DNA from: Gammaproteobacteria bacterium
GTDB lineage: Bacteria; Pseudomonadota; Gammaproteobacteria; Eutrophobiales; Eutrophobiaceae
Length of the DNA stretch: 64,000 nucleotides
Assembly (NCBI GenBank): GCA_965222155.1
Contig: CBDCTH010000012.1
Span: forward strand, 2,304,001 to 2,368,000
Direction: 5' to 3'
The position numbers and the translations under genes are program-made. Positions 53,298-64,000 of this stretch are shown here, piece by piece. How positions within the stretch are numbered: the stretch's first letter is position 1; each line of letters begins with the position of its first letter. The notes beneath the pieces are model-generated. The model was not told where the DNA came from. It worked only from the letters and a program-made list of their open reading frames with translations, and made no database searches.

Positions 53298-53945
53298 TTA
53301 CGTTCCGGCTGACTTGAGCGCGGGCCTGACGATAAGCGTCCCGCCGGCGGCGCCCGGTACGGCGCCTTTGACAAGAACCAGGTTCCGTTCAGTATCAACC
53401 CTGACAACTTCCAGGTTCTGTGCCGTCCGTTTCACGTTGCCCATGTGCCCCGCCATCTTCTTGCCGGGGAAAACACGCCCCGGCGACTGGTTCTGACCTA
53501 TCGAACCGGGAGCCCGATGGGCACGGGAGTTGCCGTGAGTGTTACGCTGACTGCTGAAATTATGCCGTTTTATTACACCTGCGTAGCCTTTTCCAATTGA
53601 CTTGCCGGTCACGTCGACTTTCTGTCCGACCTTGAAAATATCTACCGTTATTTCGGATCCCGTACTCAATTCCCCGGCTTCTTTACCATCCAACCTGAAT
53701 TCATGCAGCCCCTCTGCAGATTCAACACCGGCCTTGGCCAGGGTTCCGGCCAGGGGCTTATTAATCAGGTTGCGGCGCTTGCTGCCATAAGAGACTTGTA
53801 CGGCGCGGTAGCCGTGTTGCTCCACAGTAGACAAGGAGGTAATCCTGTTAGGGTCGGCTTCGATCACGGTTACCGGCACAGACTGGCCTGTTTCCGTGAA
53901 TATCCGGGTCATACCCCGCTTTTTTCCTACTATTCCAATCGCCAT
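53298..53945 (-). CDS. rplC: 50S ribosomal protein L3
   Basis: [22 protein letters not shown]. Confidence 0.98.
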   Translation of the reverse strand: MAIGIVGKKRGMTRIFTETGQSVPVTVIEADPNRITSLSTVEQHGYRAVQVSYGSKRRNLINKPLAGTLAKAGVESAEGLHEFRLDGKEAGELSTGSEITVDIFKVGQKVDVTGKSIGKGYAGVIKRHNFSSQRNTHGNSRAHRAPGSIGQNQSPGRVFPGKKMAGHMGNVKRTAQNLEVVRVDTERNLVLVKGAVPGAAGGTLIVRPALKSAGT

Positions 53946-53960
53946 CTTTCTGACCCGTCT

Positions 53961-54204
53961 AACCCGAATATTGCACCAGTGGATGCGATGATCGCGTAGG
54001 ATTTTTTGCGCTGGCGGGCGCCTGCGACCGAAAGCATAGCAGGAACTCTGGTTGAGGGAGCACGTGCCCGCCAGCGCAAAAAAGACAAGTGAGGGCGCAT
54101 CCAGCGCTGTTTGTCACGGCAACAAAATTTGAATTAGCCATATAACTATTTGATTGTACAATATTTTAGCCTTTTTACGAGCGAACTGGCGCAATATCCG
54201 GGTT
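53961..54204. mobile_element. MITE-like element copy F (rpsJ-rplC spacer)
   Basis: AACCCGAATATTGCACCAGT ... ACTGGCGCAATATCCGGGTT. Confidence 0.85.
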
Positions 54205-54217
54205 AATCCTGTTATCC

Positions 54218-54532
54218 TCAGCTCAGCTTTATCTGGACGTCCACGCCCGCTGCGAGGTCAAGTTTCATTAACGCGTCAACCGTTTTATCCGTGGGGTTGA
54301 CGATATCCACCAGGCGCTTATGAGTCCTGATTTCATACTGATCTCTGGCATCCTTGTTGACATGGGGCGATATCAAAACGGTATAGCGTTCTTTTTTTGT
54401 CGGCAGTGGGATTGGCCCCTTGACCTGGGCGCCGGTGCGGCGCGCAGTCTCAACAATCTCGCGGGTCGACTGATCGATCAACCGGTGATCGAACGCCTTC
54501 AGCCTGATCCTTATAACCTGTTGTTCCGCCAT
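54218..54532 (-). CDS. rpsJ: 30S ribosomal protein S10
   Basis: [17 protein letters not shown]. Confidence 0.98.
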   Translation of the reverse strand: MAEQQVIRIRLKAFDHRLIDQSTREIVETARRTGAQVKGPIPLPTKKERYTVLISPHVNKDARDQYEIRTHKRLVDIVNPTDKTVDALMKLDLAAGVDVQIKLS

Positions 54533-54568
54533 AGTTATTTCACTCTATTCACAGTACCTGATGATTGC

Positions 54569-56674
54569 TTAGCTGGTATTTTTTTTCGTTATATCTTCCG
54601 CAATTCCAGGCGGAACGGGGGTATATTTCGCGAACTCCATCGTGTAAGTGGCGCGTCCCTGAGTGGCTGAACGTAACGCGGTGGCATAACCGAACATCTG
54701 CTCAAGCGGCACTTCCGCCTTGATGATCTTGCCGGCCGGGGAAGTCATAGTCTCTGACAAGATGCCGCGGCGGCGGCTCAAATCACCTGTCACCGAACCA
54801 AGGTAATCTTCCGGAGTCACGATTTCCACGCTCATGACCGGTTCCAGCAGGACCGGCGCGGCGCGCCCGGCGCCATCCTTAAAGCCCAGGGAGCCGGCTA
54901 TCTTGAAAGCCATTTCACTGGAATCCACTTCATGATAGGAGCCGTCGTACAAAGTGACTTTCACGTCCACCATCGGGTAACCGGCTATAACGCCGTTCTC
55001 CATTTGTTCCTGTATGCCCTTATTCACTGCCGGGATATAATCTTTGGGTACGGCGCCGCCGACAATCTTGTTTATGAACTCATAGCCGTGCCCGGGTTCC
55101 TGCGGCTCGATTTTCAGTATCACATGGCCGTATTGACCGCGCCCTCCGGTTTGACGTACAAACCTGCCTTCCGCTTTCTCCACCGGTTTTCTGATGGTTT
55201 CGCGATAGGCCACCCGCGGCTTGCCGACGTTGGCGTCAACCTTGAATTCCCGTTTCAACCGGTCCACGATAATCTCCAGGTGCAATTCACCCATTCCCGA
55301 GATTATGGTTTGCCCGGACTCATCATCGGTATGTACTCGAAATGAGGGATCTTCCTGCGCCAGTTTACCCAGGGCCATACCCATTTTTTCCTGGTCGGGC
55401 CTGGTTTTCGGCTCAACTGCGACGGAAATGACCGGGTCCGGAAATTCCATTTTTTCCAGGACAATTGCCTGACCCGCCGCACACAGTGTATCGCCCGTCG
55501 TGACGTCCTTAAGGCCCACCGCGGCGGCTATATCCCCCGCCCTGACCTCGCTTATTTCTTCCCGTGAATTGGCGTGCATCTGCAAAATCCGTCCGATGCG
55601 CTCTTTCTTGCTTCTCACGGAGTTTAACACCATGTCGCCGGATTTAAGTACGCCGGAATAAACCCGGAAAAAAGTCAGCGAACCGACAAACGGGTCGGTG
55701 GCAATCTTGAAGGCAAGCGCCGCAAACGGCTCGGTATCGGTGGAATGCCGGGTAATTTCAGTTTCGGAGGTATTCGTGAGTACGCCTGTTACGGCAGGAA
55801 CGTCATCCGGCGCAGGGAGGTAGTCAATAACGGCATCCAGCATACACTGGACACCTTTATTCTTGAACGCCGAACCACACAGCACCGGAACTATCTCATT
55901 TGCCAGGGTTCTTGCCCGGATGCCTTGTTTAATTTGTTGTTCCGACAAAACACCTTCTTCCAGGTACAACCCCATCAATTCTTCATCAGCCTCAGCGGCA
56001 GCTTCCACTACCTGTTCACGGGCCTCCTGACAGACGTCCACCATGTCTTCCGGGATATCTTTCTCGGTGAACTTCGTTCCCTTGCTCGATTCATCCCAGT
56101 AAATCGCCCTGCCGCGGATCAGGTCAACAATGCCCTGAAATTGATGTTCCGACCCTATCGGGAGTTGTAACGGAACGGCCGTGCTCCCCAGGCGCTCTTT
56201 TATCTGGTTGACAACCCTGAGGAAATCCGCGCCGGACCGATCCATTTTATTGACGAACGCCAATCTCGGCACATTATACTTGGTTGCCTGGCGCCATACG
56301 GTTTCCGACTGCGGCTCAACGCCGCCTACGGCGCAAAAAACGGCGCAGGCCCCGTCCAGTATTCTGAGAGACCTTTCAACTTCAATGGTGAAATCAACGT
56401 GTCCCGGCGTATCGATTATATTGATTCGATGTTCCCGGTATTGGCCGGCCATACCTTTCCAAAAACAGGTAGTCGCCGCGGAAGTGATCGTGATGCCCCG
56501 TTCCTGCTCCTGTTCCATCCAGTCCATAGTAGCGGCGCCGTCATGTACTTCACCTATCTTATGGGAAACCCCGGTGTAATACAGAATGCGCTCTGTGGTC
56601 GTCGTCTTACCAGCATCAATATGCGCCATGATGCCGATATTCCGATAACGTTCGATGGGGATACTACGCGCCAT
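54569..56674 (-). CDS. fusA: Elongation factor G
   Basis: [23 protein letters not shown]. Confidence 0.98.
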   Translation of the reverse strand: MARSIPIERYRNIGIMAHIDAGKTTTTERILYYTGVSHKIGEVHDGAATMDWMEQEQERGITITSAATTCFWKGMAGQYREHRINIIDTPGHVDFTIEVERSLRILDGACAVFCAVGGVEPQSETVWRQATKYNVPRLAFVNKMDRSGADFLRVVNQIKERLGSTAVPLQLPIGSEHQFQGIVDLIRGRAIYWDESSKGTKFTEKDIPEDMVDVCQEAREQVVEAAAEADEELMGLYLEEGVLSEQQIKQGIRARTLANEIVPVLCGSAFKNKGVQCMLDAVIDYLPAPDDVPAVTGVLTNTSETEITRHSTDTEPFAALAFKIATDPFVGSLTFFRVYSGVLKSGDMVLNSVRSKKERIGRILQMHANSREEISEVRAGDIAAAVGLKDVTTGDTLCAAGQAIVLEKMEFPDPVISVAVEPKTRPDQEKMGMALGKLAQEDPSFRVHTDDESGQTIISGMGELHLEIIVDRLKREFKVDANVGKPRVAYRETIRKPVEKAEGRFVRQTGGRGQYGHVILKIEPQEPGHGYEFINKIVGGAVPKDYIPAVNKGIQEQMENGVIAGYPMVDVKVTLYDGSYHEVDSSEMAFKIAGSLGFKDGAGRAAPVLLEPVMSVEIVTPEDYLGSVTGDLSRRRGILSETMTSPAGKIIKAEVPLEQMFGYATALRSATQGRATYTMEFAKYTPVPPGIAEDITKKNTS

Positions 56675-56695
56675 GGCTGACTAAATCTCCTGCTC

Positions 56696-57166
56696 CTACC
56701 ACCGGTAATGGGAAAAAGCCTTGTTGGCTTCAGCCATCTTATGGGTGTCTTCCCGCTTTTTTATCGCCGTCCCTTTGTTGTTCGATGCATCCATTATCTC
56801 GCCCGCAAGGCGCAACCCCATACTCTTCTCCCCACGTTTCTTGGATGCATCGACAAGCCAACGCATTGCCAGGGTCATACTGCGCTCGCTACGCACTTCG
56901 ATCGGGATCTGGTAAGTGGCGCCGCCTACCCGCCTGGATTTCACCTCGACGATGGGCTTTACATTACCCAGCGCCTGTATGAATACCTCCAACGAATCCG
57001 TTTTTTTCTTGGTGCTGATTTGATCCAGGGCGCCATAGACAATTCTTTCCGCGATGGATTTCTTGCCGCTACGCATAACCATATTGATAAACTTGGCCAA
57101 CACCTGATTGTGGTACTTCGGATCAGGCAGTATTTCCCTTTTTTCGGCTTCTCTTCTTCTGGACAT
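56696..57166 (-). CDS. rpsG: 30S ribosomal protein S7
   Basis: [17 protein letters not shown]. Confidence 0.98.
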   Translation of the reverse strand: MSRRREAEKREILPDPKYHNQVLAKFINMVMRSGKKSIAERIVYGALDQISTKKKTDSLEVFIQALGNVKPIVEVKSRRVGGATYQIPIEVRSERSMTLAMRWLVDASKKRGEKSMGLRLAGEIMDASNNKGTAIKKREDTHKMAEANKAFSHYRW

Positions 57167-57186
57167 GTCGCTTCTCTCGCTCCGTT

Positions 57187-57561
57187 TTACGACTTGGGCT
57201 TCTTGGCCCCGTACTTGGAACGCCGCTGGCGCCGGTCGGCTACTCCTGAGGTATCCAGGGTACCTCTGACCGTATGGTAGCGCACGCCGGGCAGGTCCTT
57301 GACCCTGCCACCCCGGATCAGGATAACGGAGTGCTCTTGCAGGTTATGTCCCTCTCCACCAATGTAGGTGGTTACTTCATGACCGTTAGTCAGCCGCACC
57401 CTGGCAACCTTACGCAGGGCTGAGTTGGGTTTCTTCGGTGTAGTGGTGTAGACGCGGATGCACACCCCACGCTTTTGTGGACAACTGTCCAAGGCAGGGA
57501 CGTTACTTTTTGCCTTTTGCCGTTTTCTCGGTTTACGCACCAACTGGCTGATTGTAGCCAT
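57187..57561 (-). CDS. rpsL: 30S ribosomal protein S12
   Basis: [22 protein letters not shown]. Confidence 0.98.
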   Translation of the reverse strand: MATISQLVRKPRKRQKAKSNVPALDSCPQKRGVCIRVYTTTPKKPNSALRKVARVRLTNGHEVTTYIGGEGHNLQEHSVILIRGGRVKDLPGVRYHTVRGTLDTSGVADRRQRRSKYGAKKPKS

Positions 57562-57938
57562 AAATATTCTTTAGTTGTATTCGGTTAGTTCAACCCTGTT
57601 TCATTCGAGGTTTCCTGCGGTACAGGGGGACCGGCGCGGTCCGGCACTTCTCAAATACACAGATTGATTGATTTAAACAAAAAAACAACCACTACATCGG
57701 TCGTTTTTACCCCTGAAAGGAAGGCCGAACCCAAATCGTCCTTTACCCTCCCAAAAAGAAGCGGAATTATATTTCCTTACGGAACAGAATGTCAAGCAGA
57801 AAAAGTAAAGGAGAAAGTAAAAAGAGTAAATAGGGGGACAGACCACGTTTTGAATTATGGGGACGGAATTAAGTATTGTGTCCCCATAATTACGAAAGAA
57901 GGGGACAGATTTGAAATCTGTCCCCGGTCGTGCAGAAT

Positions 57939-60900
57939 TTAAACCTGACCCACCCTGGCAATTTCCACAAGCTCTTCCCGGGACGGGGCCAGAATGATTA
58001 CCTCAGTTTCATCATCAGTTTCATTATCCATCACCTCATCTTCCCTGGCGCTGTCCTGTACCTCCAACTCATCCTCTGCGCGTTTTTTTCTACGTTCGGT
58101 ATGGTACGCCCGCCCGGTTCCTGCCGGGACCAGGCGCCCTACGATAACGTTCTCCTTCAATCCGCGCAGGTCATCGCGTTTGCCGTTGACACTGGCTTCA
58201 GTCAGTACCCGGGTGGTTTCCTGGAATGACGCAGCCGAGATAAATGATTCCGTAGACAGTGACGCCTTGGTGATACCAAGCAGCACAGGTTCCCATTGCG
58301 CCTCCAGCTTTCCTTTCGCCCGCAGCTGTTCGTTTTCTTCTACAACCCTGGCTTTCTCGGTCTGCTCGCCCTTCAGGAACACGGAATCACCAGGTTCCGT
58401 AATTTCCGCCTTACGCAACATCTGCCTGACGATAACTTCAATGTGTTTGTCGTTAATCCTGACACCCTGTAAGCGGTATACTTCCTGAATTTCATACACG
58501 ATGTAATTTGACAGCGCATGCACCCCCTTCAATCGGAGGATATCGTGGGGGGTTGGGGGACCATCGACCACGGCCTCGCCTTTTTCCACGTGTTCTCCCT
58601 CAAAGACGTTGATATGGCGCCATTTCGGTATGAGCAGTTCATGATTTTCTCCGTTACGGTCGGTAATCACCAGACGTTGTTTACCCTTGGTATCTTTACC
58701 GAAACTTACCGTGCCGGTTTCCTCCGCCAGTATTCCCGGTTCCTTGGGTTTTCTTGCTTCGAACAAATCTGCAACTCTGGGCAAGCCACCCGTGATATCA
58801 CGGGTTTTCAGGGATTCCTGAGGCATCCTGGCAATGACGTCTCCTACTTTCACCTCGGTGCCTTCCCGTACGGTAATCAAGGCTTTAGGCGGTAACGGAT
58901 AATGCGCAGGAATAGTCGTTTCAGGCAGGATCAACTGGACACCGTCCGCATCCACCAGTACGACGACCGGACGCATTTCCTTTGCGTCGCTACTGCGCTC
59001 CTTCGGATCCATGATCATCATGTTGGTCAATCCGGTTATTTCATCCACATGGCGCAATACGGTCTTACCTTCAACGATGTCGGCGAACTGGGCATGACCT
59101 GAGACTTCGGATATCACCGGGTGCGTGTGCGGGTCCCAGCTGGCGATTTTTGTACCGGGTTCAACCACGTTGCCATCATGCACAGTGAGCACGGCGCCGT
59201 AAGGCAGTTTATAGCGTTCGCGTTCTCTACCGACCTCATCCAGCAGGGACACATCTCCGGAGCGTGAGACGACGACTCTGTTGCCGCTCTCCTGCTCCAG
59301 CAGCTTGACGTTAACCAGGCGCACGGTGCCACCGTATTTCACATCGATACTGCTGATCGCAGCGGCCCTGGACGCGGCGCCGCCTATATGGAAAGTCCTC
59401 ATGGTCAATTGCGTGCCGGGTTCACCAATGGATTGCGCGGCTACCACGCCGACGGCTTCACCGATGTTCACGATATGGCCCCGCGCCAGGTCTCTGCCGT
59501 AACATCGCGCACAAATTCCGTAACGGGTCTCGCAGGTAATCGCCGAACGCACCACAACCTCATCTATACCGTTTTCGTCCATGAGGCCAACCATGTCTTC
59601 ATCCAGTAACGCGCCGGCAGGAATGAGGATATCATCGGAGGACCCGGGTTTTATGAGGTCGCTGGTGAGGACCCGACCCAATACTCTCTCGCGCAATGGT
59701 TCCACTACGTCTCCGCCTTCAATCAGCGAGGTCAATTTGACCCCGGCAATCGTGCCGCAATCATTTTCAGCAACAACGAGGTCCTGAGCAACGTCAACCA
59801 GGCGTCTGGTGAGATAACCGGAGTTGGCGGTTTTCAGGGCCGTATCAGCCAGGCCCTTGCGCGCGCCATGGGTAGAAATGAAGTACTGCAAGACATCCAG
59901 TCCTTCACGGAAGTTCGCGGTAATCGGCGTTTCGATAATAGAACCGTCCGGTTTTGCCATCAGTCCGCGCATCCCGGCCAGTTGCCTGATCTGGGCTGCG
60001 GAACCCCGTGCGCCGGAATCAGCCATCATGAAAATCGAATTGAAGGAAGGTTCCTCCACTTCATTGCCCTCCCTGTCCTGAACCGTTTCCACTCCCAGCT
60101 TGTCCATCATGGCCTTGGCCACCTGATCACTGGTATGTGACCAGATATCCACCACCTTGTTGTAGCGTTCACCGTTCGTGATCAGCCCTGAGGTATACTG
60201 CTGTTCGAACTGTTTGACCTGAGCTTCCGTCTTATCGATGATATCACTCTTATCCCCCGGCACGACCATGTCGTCGACACCGAAGGATACGCCGGACCGG
60301 GTTGAATAATGAAATCCCGTATACATCAACCGGTCGGAAAAGATAACGGTCGTTTTCAAACCGAGCCGTCGATAACAGTCGTTGACCAGCCTGGAAATCG
60401 AGCGTTTGTTCAATACCTGGTTGACCAGCGAAAACGGCAGTTCCTCGGGCATAATACGGGATAACAATGCCCGGCCTACCGTCGTTTCAACGCGTTCATG
60501 GCGCACCTGTTCCTCAGCGTCGTCAGCGCTTGTTTTTTGTTTGATACGCATGCTGATCTTTGCATGCAAATCAACCGCACCGCATTCATAGGCGCGATGG
60601 ACTTCATCCACGTCTACAAAAATCTTACCCGCTCCTTTTGCACCGGCGGACTCTCGAGTCATGTAATACAGCCCCAATACCACGTCCTGGGTCGGCACGA
60701 TGATGGGTTCGCCGTTAGCCGGCGAGAGGATATTATTGGTCGACATCATCAGGGTGCGCAATTCCAATTGGGCTTCAATGGAAAGCGGGACGTGCACTGC
60801 CATCTGGTCGCCGTCGAAATCCGCATTGAAAGCCGTACACACCAGGGGATGCAACTGGATGGCCTTACCCTCGATCAGCACCGGTTCGAAGGCCTGGATA

Positions 60901-62198
60901 CCGAGTCGGTGCAAGGTGGGCGCCCGGTTCAACATGACCGGATGCTCACGGATGACTTCTTCGAGGATATCCCAGACTTCCGGCCCCTCTCTTTCTACCA
61001 GCTTTTTTGCAGCCTTGATGGTAGTAGCCAGACCCCTTCCTTCCAACTTGCTGAAAATAAAGGGTTTGAACAACTCCAGCGCCATCTTCTTGGGCAGGCC
61101 ACACTGGTGCAGTTTCAAGGTCGGGCCCACCACGATGACGGAACGTCCGGAATAGTCAACCCGCTTACCCAGCAGGTTCTGACGGAACCGGCCCTGTTTG
61201 CCCTTGATCATGTCGGCCAGGGATTTCAAAGGCAGCTTGTTGGTGCCGGTGATGGCCCTGCCGCGCCGTCCGTTATCCAGCAACGCGTCAACTGCTTCCT
61301 GCAGCATGCGCTTCTCGTTGCGCACAATGATATCAGGCGCATTCAAATCCAGCAGCCGCTTCAGGCGGTTATTACGGTTGATCACCCGGCGGTAAAGGTC
61401 ATTCAGGTCGGAGGTGGCAAATCGACCGCCATCCAGTGGCACCAACGGCCGCAGATCCGGCGGCAATACCGGCAGCACTTCCATGACCATCCATTTCGGC
61501 TGATTGCCTGATCGTTGAAAAGCTTCCAGCAGTTTCAGACGTTTTGATAATTTCTTCAGTTTCGTATCCGACTTGGTCTGTGGTATTTCCTCACGTAACT
61601 GTTTGATTTCTGTATCGAGGTCTATATTGCCGAGCAGTTCGCGGATTGCCTCCGCACCCATCTTTGCCTCAAACTCATCGCCATATTGTTCTATGGCTTC
61701 AAGATAACTGTCTTCCGCAAGTAACTTCCCGCGCTCCAGTTGGGTCATGCCCGGATCAATCACGACATAGGCTTCAAAGTACAGTACCCGTTCTATTTCC
61801 CGCAGGGTCATATCCAGCAGCAGACCCATTCGAGATGGAAGTGATTTCAGGTACCATATATGCGCTACCGGGCTTGCCAATTCGATATGGCCCATGCGAT
61901 CGCGTCGCTCCTTTGACAAGGTGACTTCAACGCCGCATTTTTCACATTTCACGCCACGGTGTTTCAGGCGCTTGTATTTTCCGCAGAGGCACTCGTAGTC
62001 TTTGATGGGACCGAAAATTTTCGCACAAAACAATCCATCCCGTTCAGGCTTGAACGTCCTGTAATTGATGGTCTCCGGTTTCTTGACTTCACCCATTGAC
62101 CAGGAACGAATTTTTTCAGGCGACGCCAGACCGATGGCTATGGCGTCGAATTCCTCAACCTGGTTCTGTTGTCTCAGCAGCTTCAATAAGTCTTTCAA
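57939..62198 (-). CDS. rpoC: RNA polymerase beta' subunit
   Basis: [10 protein letters not shown] catalytic motif. Confidence 0.99.
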   Translation of the reverse strand: MKDLLKLLRQQNQVEEFDAIAIGLASPEKIRSWSMGEVKKPETINYRTFKPERDGLFCAKIFGPIKDYECLCGKYKRLKHRGVKCEKCGVEVTLSKERRDRMGHIELASPVAHIWYLKSLPSRMGLLLDMTLREIERVLYFEAYVVIDPGMTQLERGKLLAEDSYLEAIEQYGDEFEAKMGAEAIRELLGNIDLDTEIKQLREEIPQTKSDTKLKKLSKRLKLLEAFQRSGNQPKWMVMEVLPVLPPDLRPLVPLDGGRFATSDLNDLYRRVINRNNRLKRLLDLNAPDIIVRNEKRMLQEAVDALLDNGRRGRAITGTNKLPLKSLADMIKGKQGRFRQNLLGKRVDYSGRSVIVVGPTLKLHQCGLPKKMALELFKPFIFSKLEGRGLATTIKAAKKLVEREGPEVWDILEEVIREHPVMLNRAPTLHRLGIQAFEPVLIEGKAIQLHPLVCTAFNADFDGDQMAVHVPLSIEAQLELRTLMMSTNNILSPANGEPIIVPTQDVVLGLYYMTRESAGAKGAGKIFVDVDEVHRAYECGAVDLHAKISMRIKQKTSADDAEEQVRHERVETTVGRALLSRIMPEELPFSLVNQVLNKRSISRLVNDCYRRLGLKTTVIFSDRLMYTGFHYSTRSGVSFGVDDMVVPGDKSDIIDKTEAQVKQFEQQYTSGLITNGERYNKVVDIWSHTSDQVAKAMMDKLGVETVQDREGNEVEEPSFNSIFMMADSGARGSAAQIRQLAGMRGLMAKPDGSIIETPITANFREGLDVLQYFISTHGARKGLADTALKTANSGYLTRRLVDVAQDLVVAENDCGTIAGVKLTSLIEGGDVVEPLRERVLGRVLTSDLIKPGSSDDILIPAGALLDEDMVGLMDENGIDEVVVRSAITCETRYGICARCYGRDLARGHIVNIGEAVGVVAAQSIGEPGTQLTMRTFHIGGAASRAAAISSIDVKYGGTVRLVNVKLLEQESGNRVVVSRSGDVSLLDEVGRERERYKLPYGAVLTVHDGNVVEPGTKIASWDPHTHPVISEVSGHAQFADIVEGKTVLRHVDEITGLTNMMIMDPKERSSDAKEMRPVVVLVDADGVQLILPETTIPAHYPLPPKALITVREGTEVKVGDVIARMPQESLKTRDITGGLPRVADLFEARKPKEPGILAEETGTVSFGKDTKGKQRLVITDRNGENHELLIPKWRHINVFEGEHVEKGEAVVDGPPTPHDILRLKGVHALSNYIVYEIQEVYRLQGVRINDKHIEVIVRQMLRKAEITEPGDSVFLKGEQTEKARVVEENEQLRAKGKLEAQWEPVLLGITKASLSTESFISAASFQETTRVLTEASVNGKRDDLRGLKENVIVGRLVPAGTGRAYHTERRKKRAEDELEVQDSAREDEVMDNETDDETEVIILAPSREELVEIARVGQV

Positions 62199-62243
62199 AG
62201 TTCACTACCTCCTAAGTAAGCAGCCCACTAATATTATTACCCG

Positions 62244-64000
62244 TCATTGATCGAGTTTTATATCAATACCCAGAGACTTGATTTCCTTCAACAAAACGTT
62301 GAAGGACTCAGGCATGCCTGCTTCTATCTGGTGATTACCGTCGACAATGTTTTTATACATTTTGGTACGGCCGTTTACGTCATCGGACTTGACCGTGAGC
62401 ATTTCCTGCAAGGTATAGGCCGCACCGTAAGCCTCCAGCGCCCAGACCTCCATTTCACCAAACCGCTGCCCGCCGAATTGCGCCTTGCCGCCCAGGGGTT
62501 GCTGGGTAACCAGGCTGTAGGGGCCGGTGGAACGCGCATGCATCTTGTCGTCCACCAGGTGATTCAGCTTCAACATATACATATATCCGACGGTGACCGG
62601 CCGGTCGAACGCATCTCCGGTCCTGCCGTCATACAAGATACTCTGACCATCGCGGTTCAGTCCGGCCAACTCAAGCATTTCCTTGATTTCCCGCTCGCTG
62701 GCCCCGTCAAAAACCGGAGTCGCTATCGGCACGCCGTCTCTGAGGTTCTCGGCAAGTTGCAGGATTTCCGCATCCGAGAGCGCGCTCAGAGATTCCTTCT
62801 TGCCGCCGCTTTCGTTATAGACCTTTTCCAGGAAGTCGCGCACCTGTTTGACTTTTTTACTGGCGTCAAGCAGGGCGCCGATGCGCCGGCCCAGACCCTT
62901 GGCCGCCCAGCCCAGATGTGTTTCCAATACCTGGCCGACGTTCATTCTTGAAGGTACGCCCAGGGGGTTCAGTACAATATCAACAGGCGTCCCATCCTCC
63001 AGGTAAGGCATGTCCTCAACAGGTATGATGGTGGAAATAACACCTTTATTCCCATGTCGTCCCGCCATTTTGTCACCCGGCTGAATATGCCGTTTGACCG
63101 CCAGATAAACCTTGACTATTTTCAATACTCCGGGAGCAAGATCATCCCCGGAAGTCAACTTATCCCGCTTGTCCTTGAACTTATCATCAAATTCCTCCTT
63201 CAACTGACGCAACCGGTGCGCGGTCTGCTCAAGCAGGCGGCTCAGTTCATTGCTGCGAAAACGGATTTCAAACCACTTCTCGCGCGGCGTTTCTGCCAGG
63301 AATTCACTTGTGATTGCAGTGCCGGACTTGTAACCGTTCGGGCCGCCGCTTGCCTTCTGTCCGACGAGGTGCCGTTCCAGCCGTTGATAAACCCCGTCTT
63401 CCATAATTCGCAACTGGTCATTCAAATCCTTTCTGACACGGTTCAACTCGGACTCTTCTATTTCCATGGCTCTTGAGTCTTTCTCCACGCCGTCCCGGGT
63501 AAATACCTGAACGTCTATGACCGTACCGTTCATACCTGACGGGACACGCAACGAGGTATCTTTAACATCGGATGCTTTTTCACCGAAAATAGCCCGTAAC
63601 AACTTCTCTTCCGGAGTGAGTTGTGTCTCACCTTTCGGCGTCACTTTCCCGACCAGGATATCCCCCGGACGAACTTCGGCGCCGACATACACGATACCGG
63701 ATTCGTCAAGTTTACTCAGGGCGCTCTCACTGACATTAGGAATATCCGCAGATATTTCTTCCGGGCCAAGCTTGATATCGCGTGCGACACAGTTGAGTTC
63801 TTCAATATGGATACTGGTGTAGCGTTCTTCCTTGACCAGGCGTTCGGAAATCAGGATGGAATCCTCAAAGTTATAGCCGTTCCACGGCATAAACGCGACC
63901 ATGAGGTTTTGTCCCAGGGCCAACTCTCCCAAATCGGTAGAAGGACCATCAGCCAGCACGTCTCCTTTAGATATCTTATCGCCGGGTATAACCAGCGGCT
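62244..64000 (-). CDS. rpoB: RNA polymerase beta subunit (5' part outside window)
   Basis: [25 protein letters not shown]. Confidence 0.99.
   Translation of the reverse strand, partial: PLVIPGDKISKGDVLADGPSTDLGELALGQNLMVAFMPWNGYNFEDSILISERLVKEERYTSIHIEELNCVARDIKLGPEEISADIPNVSESALSKLDESGIVYVGAEVRPGDILVGKVTPKGETQLTPEEKLLRAIFGEKASDVKDTSLRVPSGMNGTVIDVQVFTRDGVEKDSRAMEIEESELNRVRKDLNDQLRIMEDGVYQRLERHLVGQKASGGPNGYKSGTAITSEFLAETPREKWFEIRFRSNELSRLLEQTAHRLRQLKEEFDDKFKDKRDKLTSGDDLAPGVLKIVKVYLAVKRHIQPGDKMAGRHGNKGVISTIIPVEDMPYLEDGTPVDIVLNPLGVPSRMNVGQVLETHLGWAAKGLGRRIGALLDASKKVKQVRDFLEKVYNESGGKKESLSALSDAEILQLAENLRDGVPIATPVFDGASEREIKEMLELAGLNRDGQSILYDGRTGDAFDRPVTVGYMYMLKLNHLVDDKMHARSTGPYSLVTQQPLGGKAQFGGQRFGEMEVWALEAYGAAYTLQEMLTVKSDDVNGRTKMYKNIVDGNHQIEAGMPESFNVLLKEIKSLGIDIKLDQ

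Noticed and set aside
41287-54204. Elements as group I/II introns or known r-protein leader RNAs
   Set aside because: No intron core motifs seen; intergenic, IR-bounded and multicopy, unlike single-copy autoregulatory leaders
57664-57942. 92-aa plus-strand ORF between rpsL and rpoC
   Set aside because: Spans the str promoter region and GGGGAC palindromes on the antisense strand

Overview
Gammaproteobacterial chromosome segment in two halves. Left (1-39 kb): partial serralysin/RTX protease, moaC, H4MPT/methanofuran-type C1 cofactor genes (pcbD, mfnB/orf22, DUF447/orf21, orf20), pqqCDE, folP, pip, a patchwork of toxin-antitoxin modules and gene fragments, a porin, a tungsten aldehyde oxidoreductase operon (aorABCDE-like, last two genes duplicated), PQQ-ADH accessory genes, tRNA-Thr, a TonB receptor, tmRNA and a Rieske oxygenase pair. 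Right (39-64 kb): rpoBC-str-S10-spc-alpha ribosomal superoperon on the minus strand, with no tuf gene after fusA. The most striking unexplained structure is a ~245-bp MITE-like element with ~19-bp terminal inverted repeats, a covarying internal hairpin and an IHF-like site. It occupies six intergenic spacers of the ribosomal operon, always in the same orientation, wedged between a stop codon and the next start. Several other palindromic repeat families, some nested in each other or tandemly amplified, fill the intergenic DNA. All family assignments are by eye, without database searches.
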